From a virus (lineage: Duplodnaviria; Heunggongvirae; Uroviricota; Caudoviricetes): 64,000 bases of DNA. Numbering within the stretch: the first letter of the stretch is position 1; every line of letters begins with the position of its first letter. The position numbers and the translations under genes were made by a program. The stretch is from the IMG/VR virus record IMGVR_UViG_3300032116_000006. The stretch is one strand, 5' to 3'. Shown piece after piece: positions 55,237 to 64,000 of this stretch. Under the pieces are notes generated by a model that made no database searches, was not told the origin of the DNA, and saw only the letters and a list, made by a program, of their open reading frames with translations.

Positions 55237-55788
55237 ATGAAAATTGACCTTTCACATTATGTCAGAAAAACTGTAAAAGTTAGATATGCCAATGGCAATG
55301 AAGCATTTGGTATAATTACAGTAAGACAATATCTACCTAGTAAATTTCTTCAATATAGACTTGTAGATAAAAACCAAAATAGAATTACAGATCATTACGC
55401 TTCTGGTAAGTGTTACTATTTTACAGAAAGTTATGACATTGTACAAATTGAACCTATAACTACTGAAAAAACTATGGATAAACTAGATCTTATGAGCAAT
55501 TTCTTTAATGCCAAAGATGCACACAAATTGTCAAGTCTTAGTGATCCAAATCAACTATTAAAAATAATTCTTGCAGAAATAGAGGAAGTAGCAAGGAATG
55601 GAAAATGGAAATATATTACTCGTTCTTATGGTTTTGGCGAAAGTGTTCTCTATGATATTGAAAACAATTATCCAACTAAAATTAAAGAAGTTTTGAATAT
55701 GTTGCGTGATTTGGGGTTTACTGCTAAAATTGTAATACATGAAAATCAGTTTGTTGATATTTTTCTGCAGGTTACTTGGAATACATAA
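55237..55788 (+). CDS. hypothetical protein, 183 aa
   Basis: ORF. Confidence 0.5.
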   Translation: MKIDLSHYVRKTVKVRYANGNEAFGIITVRQYLPSKFLQYRLVDKNQNRITDHYASGKCYYFTESYDIVQIEPITTEKTMDKLDLMSNFFNAKDAHKLSSLSDPNQLLKIILAEIEEVARNGKWKYITRSYGFGESVLYDIENNYPTKIKEVLNMLRDLGFTAKIVIHENQFVDIFLQVTWNT

Positions 55789-55841
55789 AAAACTTCTATC
55801 ATTGTCAAAAAATGCGCAGCCGGAACGGAGAATAAAGTGAA

Positions 55842-55867
55842 GGACACTTTAACGACTGGCACACACC
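55842..55867 (+). promoter_or_regulatory. dispersed upstream motif GGACACTTTAACGACTGGCACACACC (copy b) plus a downstream GTGCTCCTGCTATGATGAATCTGTTCAGCCAACAAA half-element
   Basis: 22/25 identity to copy a. The downstream half-element recurs at 57443..57478 and, more loosely, at 55185..55225. Confidence 0.4.
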
Positions 55868-55926
55868 CATACACTTTGACAAGCGTGCTCCTGCTATGAT
55901 GAATCTGTTCAGCCAACAAATCTCTA

Positions 55927-56124
55927 ATGATTGGAACAAAGGTTAGCACAGACTTAGTTGCACGAGTCCAAATTGAAAGGTTTGTAATTTCTATGGATGA
56001 CCTTAAAGAGTATATGAGAAAAAAATTTAGTGCTGGTGGTTGGTATGATGTTGAGTTTCGGATCAATATCTTCTCCCCAGATTCATTAATAATTATATCA
56101 CGGAAAAGAATAGTTAAGGTGTAA
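55927..56124 (+). CDS. hypothetical protein, 65 aa
   Basis: Short ORF downstream of motif copy b. A competing antisense ORF was rejected. Confidence 0.35.
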   Translation: MIGTKVSTDLVARVQIERFVISMDDLKEYMRKKFSAGGWYDVEFRINIFSPDSLIIISRKRIVKV

Positions 56125-56185
56125 AAGAACATATAGATCTTGTTAATTCTGTCTGCAATCCCCACTTCTCATTTATCTAAACAAA

Positions 56186-56548
56186 ATGACTTCTACCACT
56201 CCAACTCAAACAATGAAAAAGAAAATTACTAAGGCATTAGTTTGGAATTTGACCAATATAGTGGAATTGTTTCTCATCTACCAGTGGATTTTTAATGATG
56301 TTTATTGGGCAGGAAATCTCATTAAATTTTGGATTGTATTTATTTTTATTTGTACTCTTGCTGTTATATCTTCACCCGAAGCTGTAAAAAGACAACGTGA
56401 AATTGGACGATCTGTTCCTAAAATTTTAGCATATATTTCTTATATTTTATCAATTGCTTTGATCGTATCTCAAGGCCATTTTGTTTTTGGTGCACTTTAT
56501 ACACTTTCTGCTTGTTTTGAAATTTATAATTTTGATGGAACTGATTAA
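56186..56548 (+). CDS. hypothetical multi-pass membrane protein, 120 aa
   Basis: Three hydrophobic helices. Confidence 0.45.
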   Translation: MTSTTPTQTMKKKITKALVWNLTNIVELFLIYQWIFNDVYWAGNLIKFWIVFIFICTLAVISSPEAVKRQREIGRSVPKILAYISYILSIALIVSQGHFVFGALYTLSACFEIYNFDGTD

Positions 56549-56549
56549 A

Positions 56550-56831
56550 ATGAAAACCTCTCCTTGGATTGTTGATGGTCATTGTGCAATTCGTGTGTTG
56601 AATGGTAGTAATTCTGACCAAATCAAAAATAGGATTGCATTCATTGAAAAATCTCCTCGTATTCGGTTATCATCCTATACGGGTGATAACGATTATGAAA
56701 ATTGGGCATATGGCCCTAAAGGAAGCAGTGGTGGAAATCCTGAAATAGACTTGACTTATGGATTTGATCCCATTTCTCGTCAATGGTGCGATGAACAATT
56801 AACTGCTATTGGTTACACACTAGGAGAATAA
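56550..56831 (+). CDS. hypothetical protein (~93 aa)
   Basis: The track ORF starts at 56481. The ATG at 56550 (MKTSPWIVDG) lies 2 nt after the upstream stop. Confidence 0.45.
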   Translation: MKTSPWIVDGHCAIRVLNGSNSDQIKNRIAFIEKSPRIRLSSYTGDNDYENWAYGPKGSSGGNPEIDLTYGFDPISRQWCDEQLTAIGYTLGE

Positions 56832-56833
56832 AA

Positions 56834-57148
56834 ATGAAACGCAGAATCTACAGAAAATATTGGAACCTTATCTTTAAGAAAGTTTTCAATAAGTGTCATA
56901 TGCATGGCGAAGACATTGAGATTACTTGTTCAAAAATCAGAAAATATAGAAAGTATCTTCAGAGAATGAAGTATCATCATCAACAAAGTGAACAGGATTA
57001 TCGTAGTGGATATGAGACTTATGGTTATGAAAGTATTGTAGACATTGAGACCAGTCTTCTCTACATTTCAGACAGGTTTCATTCTGGATTTCGTTTAGCA
57101 TGGTTAGTTAATGTTCCTGAAGAAGTTGATAAATTAATGAACACCTGA
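56834..57148 (+). CDS. hypothetical protein, 104 aa
   Basis: ORF. His/Tyr-rich. Confidence 0.45.
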   Translation: MKRRIYRKYWNLIFKKVFNKCHMHGEDIEITCSKIRKYRKYLQRMKYHHQQSEQDYRSGYETYGYESIVDIETSLLYISDRFHSGFRLAWLVNVPEEVDKLMNT

Positions 57149-57189
57149 CCATCTTGTAGAATCTCTCACTTCACACTCATCTAACCATT

Positions 57190-57402
57190 ATGAAAAACTA
57201 CAGGATTAAAAAAGTAACAGAATCAAATTGTATTATGTATTTTCCGCAAAGAAAAATTCTTGGATTGTTTTGGATTGATATGTTTAGATATAACCCGTAT
57301 TATGATGGGTTTGATTCTTATGAAAATGCACATGAAGCACTTTATAATGCTATTTGTAAACCTGAAGTTGAATACATTGATGTATATTTTGAAAATGAAT
57401 GA
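57190..57402 (+). CDS. hypothetical protein, 70 aa
   Basis: ORF. Confidence 0.45.
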   Translation: MKNYRIKKVTESNCIMYFPQRKILGLFWIDMFRYNPYYDGFDSYENAHEALYNAICKPEVEYIDVYFENE

Positions 57403-57482
57403 ACACCTGATCATCTGGCACACCTCTATTCACTTTGAGGGGTGTGCTCGTGCTATGCTGCTTTCAGCAACCAAATTCCAAA

Positions 57483-57932
57483 ATGACTTCTCTTCATCTT
57501 GATTCCTCGGTTAGCGGACACCTTTTCAAAGATATTAAAATTTCTCTTTCTGATGATGAACAAGTTAATATCACACGGTTCATTAAAATTTATTATTTTG
57601 GTGATGATGAAATAACAAATGAAGAGATCTTAGACTATCCAAATGATGTTGTAGAAGGATACACTGCTGCTCTTGGTAGGTTAAGAGGTGGGTGGTCTAC
57701 AACACTTTCAATGTCTTTTAATCACAATGGGAATCCTTGTATTAAAATTTCCGAATATGACATTGCTGGTTATGACGAAATTGACAAAATAAAAGAACAA
57801 ATAGGTTGTTCTTCAGGTTGTGCAATTGATGTATATTTGCTTAGAAGAAAATTGGATTGGACACGAGAACAAGAACTTGAGCTAATCAATACTCATAATG
57901 CCGGTGTTCCATCACATGTTACATTGCTTTGA
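57483..57932 (+). CDS. hypothetical protein (~149 aa), C-terminal domain paralogous to 54164..54430
   Basis: The track ORF starts at 57435. The ATG at 57483 (MTSLHLDS) is likelier. The shared C-terminal domain carries the GCSxGCAxDVYxLRxxLDW motif. Confidence 0.45.
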   Translation: MTSLHLDSSVSGHLFKDIKISLSDDEQVNITRFIKIYYFGDDEITNEEILDYPNDVVEGYTAALGRLRGGWSTTLSMSFNHNGNPCIKISEYDIAGYDEIDKIKEQIGCSSGCAIDVYLLRRKLDWTREQELELINTHNAGVPSHVTLL

Positions 57933-58320
57933 TATGAAAGCTAAAATTTCTGAGGATCTCTTCAAATTTTCTGAAAATCTATATGGCAATTTTACAATAA
58001 AGTGCACACATATGAAATTTTATCCAAAAGCACTCCAACAAACTTGTTTACTTATCTTTTTACCATGAATCTCTCAGTCAATAGTTTTTATAAAAATTAA
58101 TGAATAGACAGAATAAGAAGTGGCACAAAGTTAAAGATTTTTCACCCGAGACCATATATTATTAGAGAGTTCACCATCCAGCAAATGACTAACCGACAGC
58201 TTTGTATTTTGGTATTTTCCTTGTCTACTCTAGCATTCGCACTTCAAATTAATAGCCTAATTTTAACATCATTAGTAATAAACATATCCGCAATTTTCGC
58301 TATTTACACAAGAAACTAAA

Positions 58321-58527
58321 ATGGAACCTTTTGATCTTTCTACATCCCAAAAATTTGAGATTGAGCGCTTTAATCGCGCTATTGATAATACCACAAATAT
58401 TGAAGATTTGCGTAAAATTGCTAAGCAACTTTTACAGGCTTGGTTTGTTCAAAAATCAGCAACAAGATGGGTAATGGAAGGCTCTTTAAATCGTAATTTG
58501 CCTTCTATTCCACCTCAACCAGAATAA
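58321..58527 (+). CDS. hypothetical protein, 68 aa
   Basis: ORF. Confidence 0.4.
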   Translation: MEPFDLSTSQKFEIERFNRAIDNTTNIEDLRKIAKQLLQAWFVQKSATRWVMEGSLNRNLPSIPPQPE

Positions 58528-58531
58528 ATTT

Positions 58532-58729
58532 ATGTTTGTTCAAATTTCTCCTGAAAAAAACATTGAAGTCTATTATATGAACAAGGAGAAGTGTGATAGC
58601 TATAATGATTTTCATGGGTATAATGAAAATGACAGTAATTATATCAGAGAAGGATATTATTATGAGAATATGATTGGAAATTTTAAAAGTCAGAAAGAAG
58701 CAATTGAACATGCCAAAGCTAAACTATGA
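58532..58729 (+). CDS. hypothetical protein, 65 aa
   Basis: ORF. Its stop overlaps the start of paralog 11 (ATGA). Confidence 0.4.
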   Translation: MFVQISPEKNIEVYYMNKEKCDSYNDFHGYNENDSNYIREGYYYENMIGNFKSQKEAIEHAKAKL

Positions 58730-59082
58730 AAATCTCTACAACACATAAAAGATTTGCAGATCGGTTAAGAGGCCAACCTGCCCTAAAATATCCTGAATAT
58801 TTCTTAGGACCTAATTGGAAGGATGTATTGAATTTCTGGATTTATTTGGATACTTTGAGTGATGATGATATTAGGTTAATTGATATGAGATATTTTGCTT
58901 TATGGGATTTAAATACCTTAAGGAATCTTGCTTGGAAAGCTGCTAAGGATACTATAGGTGTGTATTATGCAGAAGCATCTATTCTCACTCCTACATATGC
59001 TGGGACTTATGTAACCAGTGAACTTATTGGTTCTCATAAGCTTAAGTCTCTTAAGTTTCTCCCTTTGTTTTTAAACCTATGA
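58726..59082 (+). CDS. MKISTTHK-family paralog 11 (array 4)
   Basis: MKISTTHKRFADRLRGQPALKYPEYFLGPNWKDVLNFWIYLDTLS ... SELIGSHKLKSLKFLPLFLNL. Confidence 0.7.
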   Translation: MKISTTHKRFADRLRGQPALKYPEYFLGPNWKDVLNFWIYLDTLSDDDIRLIDMRYFALWDLNTLRNLAWKAAKDTIGVYYAEASILTPTYAGTYVTSELIGSHKLKSLKFLPLFLNL

Positions 59083-59450
59083 AAATCTCTACAACACATA
59101 AAAAATTTGCAGATCGGTTATGGGACCAACCTGTTTTAGAATACCCTGAACGATTTCTAGGACCTAATTGGAAGAATGTATTGAACTTCTGGATTTATTT
59201 GGATACTTTGAGTGCTGAGGATACTGATATAATTCATATGCGCTATTTGGTTTTAGGTGAAGATGCTATAGTTTATGCTGAAAACCATGATTGGAAAGCT
59301 GCTAGGGATACTATAGGTTTTACATATGCAGATGCAACTTGTCATATAACTTTTACATTTCCAAGCATTTATACAACTCTTGAACTCATTGGTTCTCATA
59401 ATCTTGAGTATTTGACTTTTCTTCCATTGTTTTTAAAACATAAAATTTAA
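59079..59450 (+). CDS. MKISTTHK-family paralog 12
   Basis: MKISTTHKKFADRLWDQPVLEYPERFLGPNWKNVLNFWIYLDTLS ... LELIGSHNLEYLTFLPLFLKHKI. Confidence 0.7.
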   Translation: MKISTTHKKFADRLWDQPVLEYPERFLGPNWKNVLNFWIYLDTLSAEDTDIIHMRYLVLGEDAIVYAENHDWKAARDTIGFTYADATCHITFTFPSIYTTLELIGSHNLEYLTFLPLFLKHKI

Positions 59451-59669
59451 TCAATTATATCCATTAATCTATAATAATATTTTCACGGACACCTTTTCAA
59501 CTGGCACATTATGAAAACTCTGAAAGATGTTGTTGAGCTAAAATAAAAAAGTTCACACAAAAATCATGATTCTCTTCATTACTGTTGCAGCAATTGTGCC
59601 AGAATCAATCGCATATTCTTTAATTCTTTTTAATCTCCCTCTTGTTTGAAAAATTATTCATAACAAACA

Positions 59670-60908
59670 ATGGAACTCCGACTGCAACAAAAAAAGGCCA
59701 TTGAAGTTCTTTCTCAGGCAAATAGAGGAATTATTGCAATGGCTCCAGGCTCAGGGAAAACTCTCATTCAAATTCATGATTCAAAAAGAATTTTTGAACA
59801 ATCTGAAGAACCACAGACTGTTGTAGTTGTAGCGCCAAGAATACTTCTTGCTTCGCAGTTATCTTTTGATTATGGAAAGCACATTAATTGTGCTAAGTAT
59901 CTCCATGTTCACTCAAAAATTGGAAAGGTAAATCATTATCATACAACAGATAAAGAAAATATCAGACAATGGTGTGAAATTCATAAGGAGCACCATAAAC
60001 TAATTTTTACCACCTATCATTCACTCAAAAAGATTTATAAATCAGGGATTACGGTAAATACATATATGTTTGATGAATCACATAATTCAACATCTGCTGG
60101 GTTTCATGAATATGTGAAAAAGGTAAGTGATAATAATCAAAGATGCTTCCATTTTAGTGGTACACCTAGATTTAGCAGGGCACCTAAAAATCCGAAAAAG
60201 ACAAAAAAACCTGGAATGAATGATCCAGTTTATGGTGAAATTATAGTAAAAGCCACAGCAGCAGAAATGATTAAGCATGGTTATATCTTAAAGCCAAGGG
60301 TCATTTCTCATTATCTTGAATGGGTTGAAGAGAGAACTGCACAACATGATGCAACAGATATCTTAAATATCATTAAGACATACAATCTTTCTAAACTTCT
60401 TATAAACGTAAGAAAAACATCAAATATGATGGAAATGCTTTCAGAGACAAATTTTCAAGAGTCTTTGAGAGAACTTGGCTATGATTTATTACATATTACT
60501 TCAAATTATGGTCCAGTGTATAATGGTAAAAAAATTAAAAGGGACAGATTTTTCCAACTCTTAGATAAGCTTGGTGAATCTATGGATAAAAAATATGTCA
60601 TTTTAAATTATTCAATTTTAGGTGAAGGAATAAACATTAAATCATTAGATGCTGTACTCTTACTAAGGCAACTAAATCTAATAAAACTTATTCAAACTAT
60701 AGGGCGAGCAATCAGACTCTCTTCTGAGGATCAAAGGGCTATTGATAATGGAAGCTTAAAGGCATGTGATTATATGAATTATCTTAAACCTGAAGGTTTA
60801 GTAATTATACCTGTTTATGATAAAAGACTTTTAGAGCAATCTAAAAGTATTACAACCACTGTTGAAGATGTCTATGAAAAGGGAGAACTCCCAATTATGC
60901 AAGTTTAA
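59670..60908 (+). CDS. superfamily-2 helicase (DExH, res-subunit-like), 412 aa
   Basis: Walker A/motif I MAPGSGKT. Motif II DESH (MFDESHNS). Motif III-like SGTP. Motif VI-like QTIGRAIR. Confidence 0.7.
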   Translation: MELRLQQKKAIEVLSQANRGIIAMAPGSGKTLIQIHDSKRIFEQSEEPQTVVVVAPRILLASQLSFDYGKHINCAKYLHVHSKIGKVNHYHTTDKENIRQWCEIHKEHHKLIFTTYHSLKKIYKSGITVNTYMFDESHNSTSAGFHEYVKKVSDNNQRCFHFSGTPRFSRAPKNPKKTKKPGMNDPVYGEIIVKATAAEMIKHGYILKPRVISHYLEWVEERTAQHDATDILNIIKTYNLSKLLINVRKTSNMMEMLSETNFQESLRELGYDLLHITSNYGPVYNGKKIKRDRFFQLLDKLGESMDKKYVILNYSILGEGINIKSLDAVLLLRQLNLIKLIQTIGRAIRLSSEDQRAIDNGSLKACDYMNYLKPEGLVIIPVYDKRLLEQSKSITTTVEDVYEKGELPIMQV

Positions 60909-60912
60909 ACTC

Positions 60913-61272
60913 ATGAAAATCTCTTCAACACATCAACAATTTGCAAATGATTTAAAAGACCAAACTGCTCTAGAATACCCTGAACGTTTTCTAGGACCCA
61001 ATTGGAAGAATGTCCTGAACTTCTGGATTTACTTGGATACTTTGAATGATGAAGAGAGTGAGTTAATTAATAAGCGTTATTGGGCTTCAGAAGATTTAAT
61101 GAATTTAACAAATCTTTCTTTTAAAACTGCTGAAGCTATTATAGGGCATGAAAATGCATCTGTAGCTTGGAGTGTCACTCCTTCATTTTCATCTGCTTGT
61201 GCAACCTGTGAACTCATTGGCTCACATAATCTAGAGTCTTTTAAGTTTCTTCCATTGTTTCTAAATATGTGA
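60913..61272 (+). CDS. MKISTTHK-family paralog 13 (singleton after the helicase)
   Basis: MKISSTHQQFANDLKDQTALEYPERFLGPNWKNVLNFWIYLDTL ... CELIGSHNLESFKFLPLFLNM. The track ORF begins at 60862 inside the helicase. The conserved ATG is at 60913. Confidence 0.7.
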   Translation: MKISSTHQQFANDLKDQTALEYPERFLGPNWKNVLNFWIYLDTLNDEESELINKRYWASEDLMNLTNLSFKTAEAIIGHENASVAWSVTPSFSSACATCELIGSHNLESFKFLPLFLNM

Positions 61273-61345
61273 CACTTTAAAAACTGCCCACCTGCACACA
61301 ACAACATGATAGATTTTGCTATGATTACTGTGAATTTAAGAACCG

Positions 61346-61858
61346 ATGAACATTTTTGCAACCTCTTTTTGTCCAGAACAGTCTGCAATTGTTCTCCCAG
61401 ATTTACATATTAAAAAGATGCCAATTGAATGCTGTCAAATGCTTGCTTATGTTGCATCTCCTTGGATTCACAATTACGGAACTATTCCTAAAAAAGATGG
61501 AACACCATACATGACAAAAAGAAACAGCCCTCGCCTTAAACATCCATGTACGCTATGGGTAGCAGAATCTATTCATAATGCTCATTGGCTAATTTATCAT
61601 GGGTTTATGTTGTGCGAGGAATATTTTAGACGTTATGAAAAACAAATTGCATGTTATGGATCTCTTTTAAATGCTCTAGAAATATTTCCTGATGGTGACT
61701 TTAATAAGATTACACCATTTATTAGAGCTATGCCTGATCATTTGAAGTTTGATAAGACAATTGACACATTTACAGCCTATAAAAAATATCTTGCATCAAA
61801 ATCATGGGCAGCAAACAATTATAAAAAACTTCCATCCCGCAAACCAAATTGGATTTAA
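61346..61858 (+). CDS. Cys/His-rich hypothetical protein, 170 aa
   Basis: ORF. Possible later start at the internal Met (MPIECCQMLAYVA). Confidence 0.45.
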   Translation: MNIFATSFCPEQSAIVLPDLHIKKMPIECCQMLAYVASPWIHNYGTIPKKDGTPYMTKRNSPRLKHPCTLWVAESIHNAHWLIYHGFMLCEEYFRRYEKQIACYGSLLNALEIFPDGDFNKITPFIRAMPDHLKFDKTIDTFTAYKKYLASKSWAANNYKKLPSRKPNWI

Positions 61859-61864
61859 TTATAA

Positions 61865-62239
61865 ATGAAAATCTCAACTTCTCTTAAATATTTTCAAGAC
61901 AACTATCACTATGATATTCCTAAACTTGGTTCCAATTATAAGAATATTTTAAACTTTTGGATTTTTATTGATACATTAAATATCAACCAATGGAATAAAA
62001 TTGAAAAAGCTTTTTATCTAATTGAACAAGGTTACAATCTAACAGAAATTAAACACTTTGCTGCGGATTTAAACGGCTATGCATATGAAATTCAACTTTC
62101 CACATGGGGATGTCCATATAAAAAATATAATTTATCACTAAGATCTCCAATATTTGCAGCTTATGAACTAATTGCAATGGATAAAATTCTTGATGAAGGA
62201 AAAACTCTACAGATTTTACCACTATTTTTAGATTTATGA
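61865..62239 (+). CDS. MKISTTHK-family paralog 14 (most divergent)
   Basis: Retains MKIST, NILNFWIFIDTLN, YELIAMDKIL..LQILPLFLDL. The rest has diverged. Confidence 0.55.
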   Translation: MKISTSLKYFQDNYHYDIPKLGSNYKNILNFWIFIDTLNINQWNKIEKAFYLIEQGYNLTEIKHFAADLNGYAYEIQLSTWGCPYKKYNLSLRSPIFAAYELIAMDKILDEGKTLQILPLFLDL

Positions 62240-62823
62240 ACCCCATAAGAAAAACCAACTATCTTTCTATTGATTTAGAACTTAATACTGATGGAACACA
62301 AACATATGAAATTTGCGAAATTGGAGTAGCTCTAGGAAATATTGATGAAATATTTTTAACAGATTCAAGGGTTATTAAAATTAAGCAGCCTCTATTTGAA
62401 AAAACTACAGAAATTACCAAAATTACACAAGAAGAGATTGATTCTGGGATCTCATTAAATGAAGCTGCTCAATGGCTTTCTGAAATAATTGATACTCATA
62501 AGCCTTTTGTAAATCCAGTACAATGGGGTGTTAGTGATTCTTTTGAATTGTTAGCTGAATTTAAACAGAACAATATTAATTTTCCATATTTTGGAAGACG
62601 AATTATTGATGTAAAACACATCTTTCTTTTTATTGAAGCTGCATATGGTAGAAGTCTTTCTGGTGGATTAAGAAGTGCAATGGGTAAACATAAGCTCAAA
62701 TTTTTCGGTACTCCACATAGAGCAGAGTGTGATGCTCACAATACTTTAAGATTATTTTTTCACCTTTTGAAACGACAAAGAAGTCTTGAAGAAATTATAG
62801 TTAAATCTAAATCCATTTTTTAA
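62236..62823 (+). CDS. DEDDh 3'-5' exonuclease (DnaQ-like), 195 aa
   Basis: Exo I LSIDLELN (DxE). Exo II-like region. Exo III HRAECDAHNTLRLF (H-x4-D). Confidence 0.65.
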   Translation: MNPIRKTNYLSIDLELNTDGTQTYEICEIGVALGNIDEIFLTDSRVIKIKQPLFEKTTEITKITQEEIDSGISLNEAAQWLSEIIDTHKPFVNPVQWGVSDSFELLAEFKQNNINFPYFGRRIIDVKHIFLFIEAAYGRSLSGGLRSAMGKHKLKFFGTPHRAECDAHNTLRLFFHLLKRQRSLEEIIVKSKSIF

Positions 62824-62825
62824 TA

Positions 62826-63332
62826 ATGAAAATATATACTGGTATTGGAAGCCGTTCAACACCTGAACACATCATAACATTAATTCATGGAATTTCAAAA
62901 AAGTTGAATGAACAAGGATTTTTATTGAGATCTGGTGGAGCTAATGGGGCAGACTCGGCATTTGAGAAATTCTCAACAAATAGAGAAATCTATTTACCTT
63001 GGGATGGATTTAATAGAAGAACACATGATGGATCATCTTATTTTGAGTTTTTGAAGTGCCCTGCGTGGACCACAGCAACTTCTAGTGTTAATACTTTTCA
63101 TCCATATCATGAAAAACTTTCATCATCTGCTAGACTTCTAATGGCTCGCAATTTTATGCAAATTATGGGCGCAGACGGTAAGACTCCCACCAATTTTGTG
63201 ATATGTTGGACTAAAGAGGGAAAAGATATTGGAGGAACTTCACAGGCACTGAGAATCGCAAGACATGAAAATATTCCTGTTCTCAATTTGGGGAATCTTA
63301 AGATAGAAAGACACTTTACAAACTGGCTGTAA
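62826..63332 (+). CDS. SLOG/DprA-like Rossmann-fold protein, 168 aa
   Basis: TGIGSRSTP ... LRSGGANGADSAFEKF resembles the GGAxGxDxxA nucleotide-binding signature of the DprA/LOG/SLOG superfamily. Confidence 0.45.
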   Translation: MKIYTGIGSRSTPEHIITLIHGISKKLNEQGFLLRSGGANGADSAFEKFSTNREIYLPWDGFNRRTHDGSSYFEFLKCPAWTTATSSVNTFHPYHEKLSSSARLLMARNFMQIMGADGKTPTNFVICWTKEGKDIGGTSQALRIARHENIPVLNLGNLKIERHFTNWL

Positions 63333-63388
63333 AGTGATCTGTTGGTCTAAAAATTTTGATATGGTAAGCAAGATACACAAGAGAATTT

Positions 63389-64000
63389 ATGGATCTCATT
63401 CCAGTTTCTTCGGGCAGATTTGATTCATTTAGGTATCATAATGAAACTTTCTATAGATTGAGATTTCAAGATGGTGCTAAATGGTATCGTTATCAATCAT
63501 CGTTGGAAAGTTTTAAAGAGTTATTATGTGAATATATTTTAATCTCAAAGTTAGAAGAAGAATATTCTCTTTTTATACGCCCAATTAAAAAACTCACCGA
63601 AAACAAGTCTGAACTTAATACAGAAGAAGTTTTCAATTTTGTGGTTGATGCAATTAAAAATAGAACCAATTATACAAGCTTCAATCAGCAGCCAAATAGT
63701 ACCAATAAATTAATTGTAGAAAGTAACTCTAAATGCTCATCTCTCTATATCTGCAGTAAACGAGATGCATATCTGAATAGAAATACTGTGGCAGCATTTT
63801 ATGATGACCATTGTATAGTGTTTCCATTAGAGAATGTCATCAGGGTAAATTTAAAGAAATTATATGGATTGTTGTTCTTATTTTTACATCGAGAATATTC
63901 AATTCAACTCTATCATTATAGAGAAAATAAAAATGGTTATACCCAACAAATTTGGAGACATAAAATTAACCCATCTGCGAATAAAAATGAGAAGATGTTT
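63389..64000 (+). CDS. hypothetical protein, partial (runs off the 3' end of the window)
   Basis: Open frame read manually from the ATG at 63389 (MDLIPVSSGRFDSFRYHNETFY...) to the end of the window with no stop. Preceded by motif copy 63309..63329. Confidence 0.35.
   Translation, partial: MDLIPVSSGRFDSFRYHNETFYRLRFQDGAKWYRYQSSLESFKELLCEYILISKLEEEYSLFIRPIKKLTENKSELNTEEVFNFVVDAIKNRTNYTSFNQQPNSTNKLIVESNSKCSSLYICSKRDAYLNRNTVAAFYDDHCIVFPLENVIRVNLKKLYGLLFLFLHREYSIQLYHYRENKNGYTQQIWRHKINPSANKNEKMF

Noticed and set aside
55842-55867. Sigma-54 type promoter suggested by the TGGCAC within the dispersed motif
   Set aside because: The -12 element (TTGC) is absent at the correct spacing in every copy. 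Kept only as a generic regulatory motif.
54956-56165. Minus-strand ORFs 54956-55255, 55558-55740 and 55746-56165
   Set aside because: 54956-55255 is created by translating through the 48-bp tandem repeat. The others are antisense to + strand ORFs and to motif copies that are oriented for + strand transcription.
60087-62699. Minus-strand ORFs 60087-60278, 61077-61388, 62049-62258 and 62496-62699
   Set aside because: They are antisense to the helicase, a family copy and the exonuclease, all of which have clear motifs.
1-64000. Integrase, transposase or other mobile-element machinery, and CRISPR/cas
   Set aside because: No tyrosine/serine recombinase, DDE transposase or cas signatures were recognised in any ORF. 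The only candidates for mobile behaviour are the MKISTTHK cassettes themselves.

Overview
This 64-kb window is AT-rich (roughly 30-33% GC by eye) and very densely coded, with almost every gene on the + strand. It reads as a segment of a large tailed dsDNA bacteriophage with a marine (pelagiphage- or cyanophage-like) flavour; that lineage guess is inference.

Three blocks are recognisable:
- 0-8.6 kb, replication and auxiliary-metabolism genes: glutaredoxin-like CxxC protein, speD (S-adenosylmethionine decarboxylase), thyX, phoH, a RecB/Cas4-like PD-(D/E)XK nuclease, a beta-class DNA methyltransferase and a T4 gp32-like ssDNA-binding protein.
- 10.5-27 kb, virion module: four minus-strand genes, then large plus-strand genes. 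These include a 611-aa glycine-motif protein and a 910-aa multidomain cell-wall hydrolase (Rho_N-like motif, SLT-like transglycosylase motif, HxH zinc-peptidase motif). A tandem paralog pair and a lone classic-clade AAA+ ATPase follow.
- 28-64 kb, accessory region of many small ORFs: the NAD salvage pair nadM-Nudix and nadV, a tRNA-Leu(TAA) with no encoded CCA, a 2044-aa fibre-like protein, a class I tyrosyl-tRNA synthetase and a minimal Rnl-like ligase next to a minimal class II CCA-adding enzyme. It also carries an SPFH/prohibitin-like protein with a small membrane partner, an SF2 helicase, a DEDDh exonuclease and a SLOG/DprA-like protein.

The most striking feature is a family I do not recognise: 14 paralogous ~120-aa ORFs ('MKISTTHKxFADRL...NWKDVLNFWIYLDTLS...ELIGSHxLESLKFLPLFL'). 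Their N- and C-termini are near-identical even at the DNA level, the ~45-aa core is hypervariable and cassette-like (two subtypes plus in-frame 21-bp tandem duplications), and they sit in six arrays (5+3+2+2+1+1) directly at or just after the stop codons of unrelated genes.

Other points:
- Repeats: a perfect 48-bp dispersed repeat (two copies), a 48-bp tandem duplication, a recurring upstream motif GGACAC(C)TTT..CTGGCACA, and a 516-bp CTTAAG-rich divergent intergenic region.
- Candidate regulatory sites: late-promoter-like ATAAATAG boxes and one clear rho-independent terminator.
- No CRISPR array, integrase or transposase was seen.
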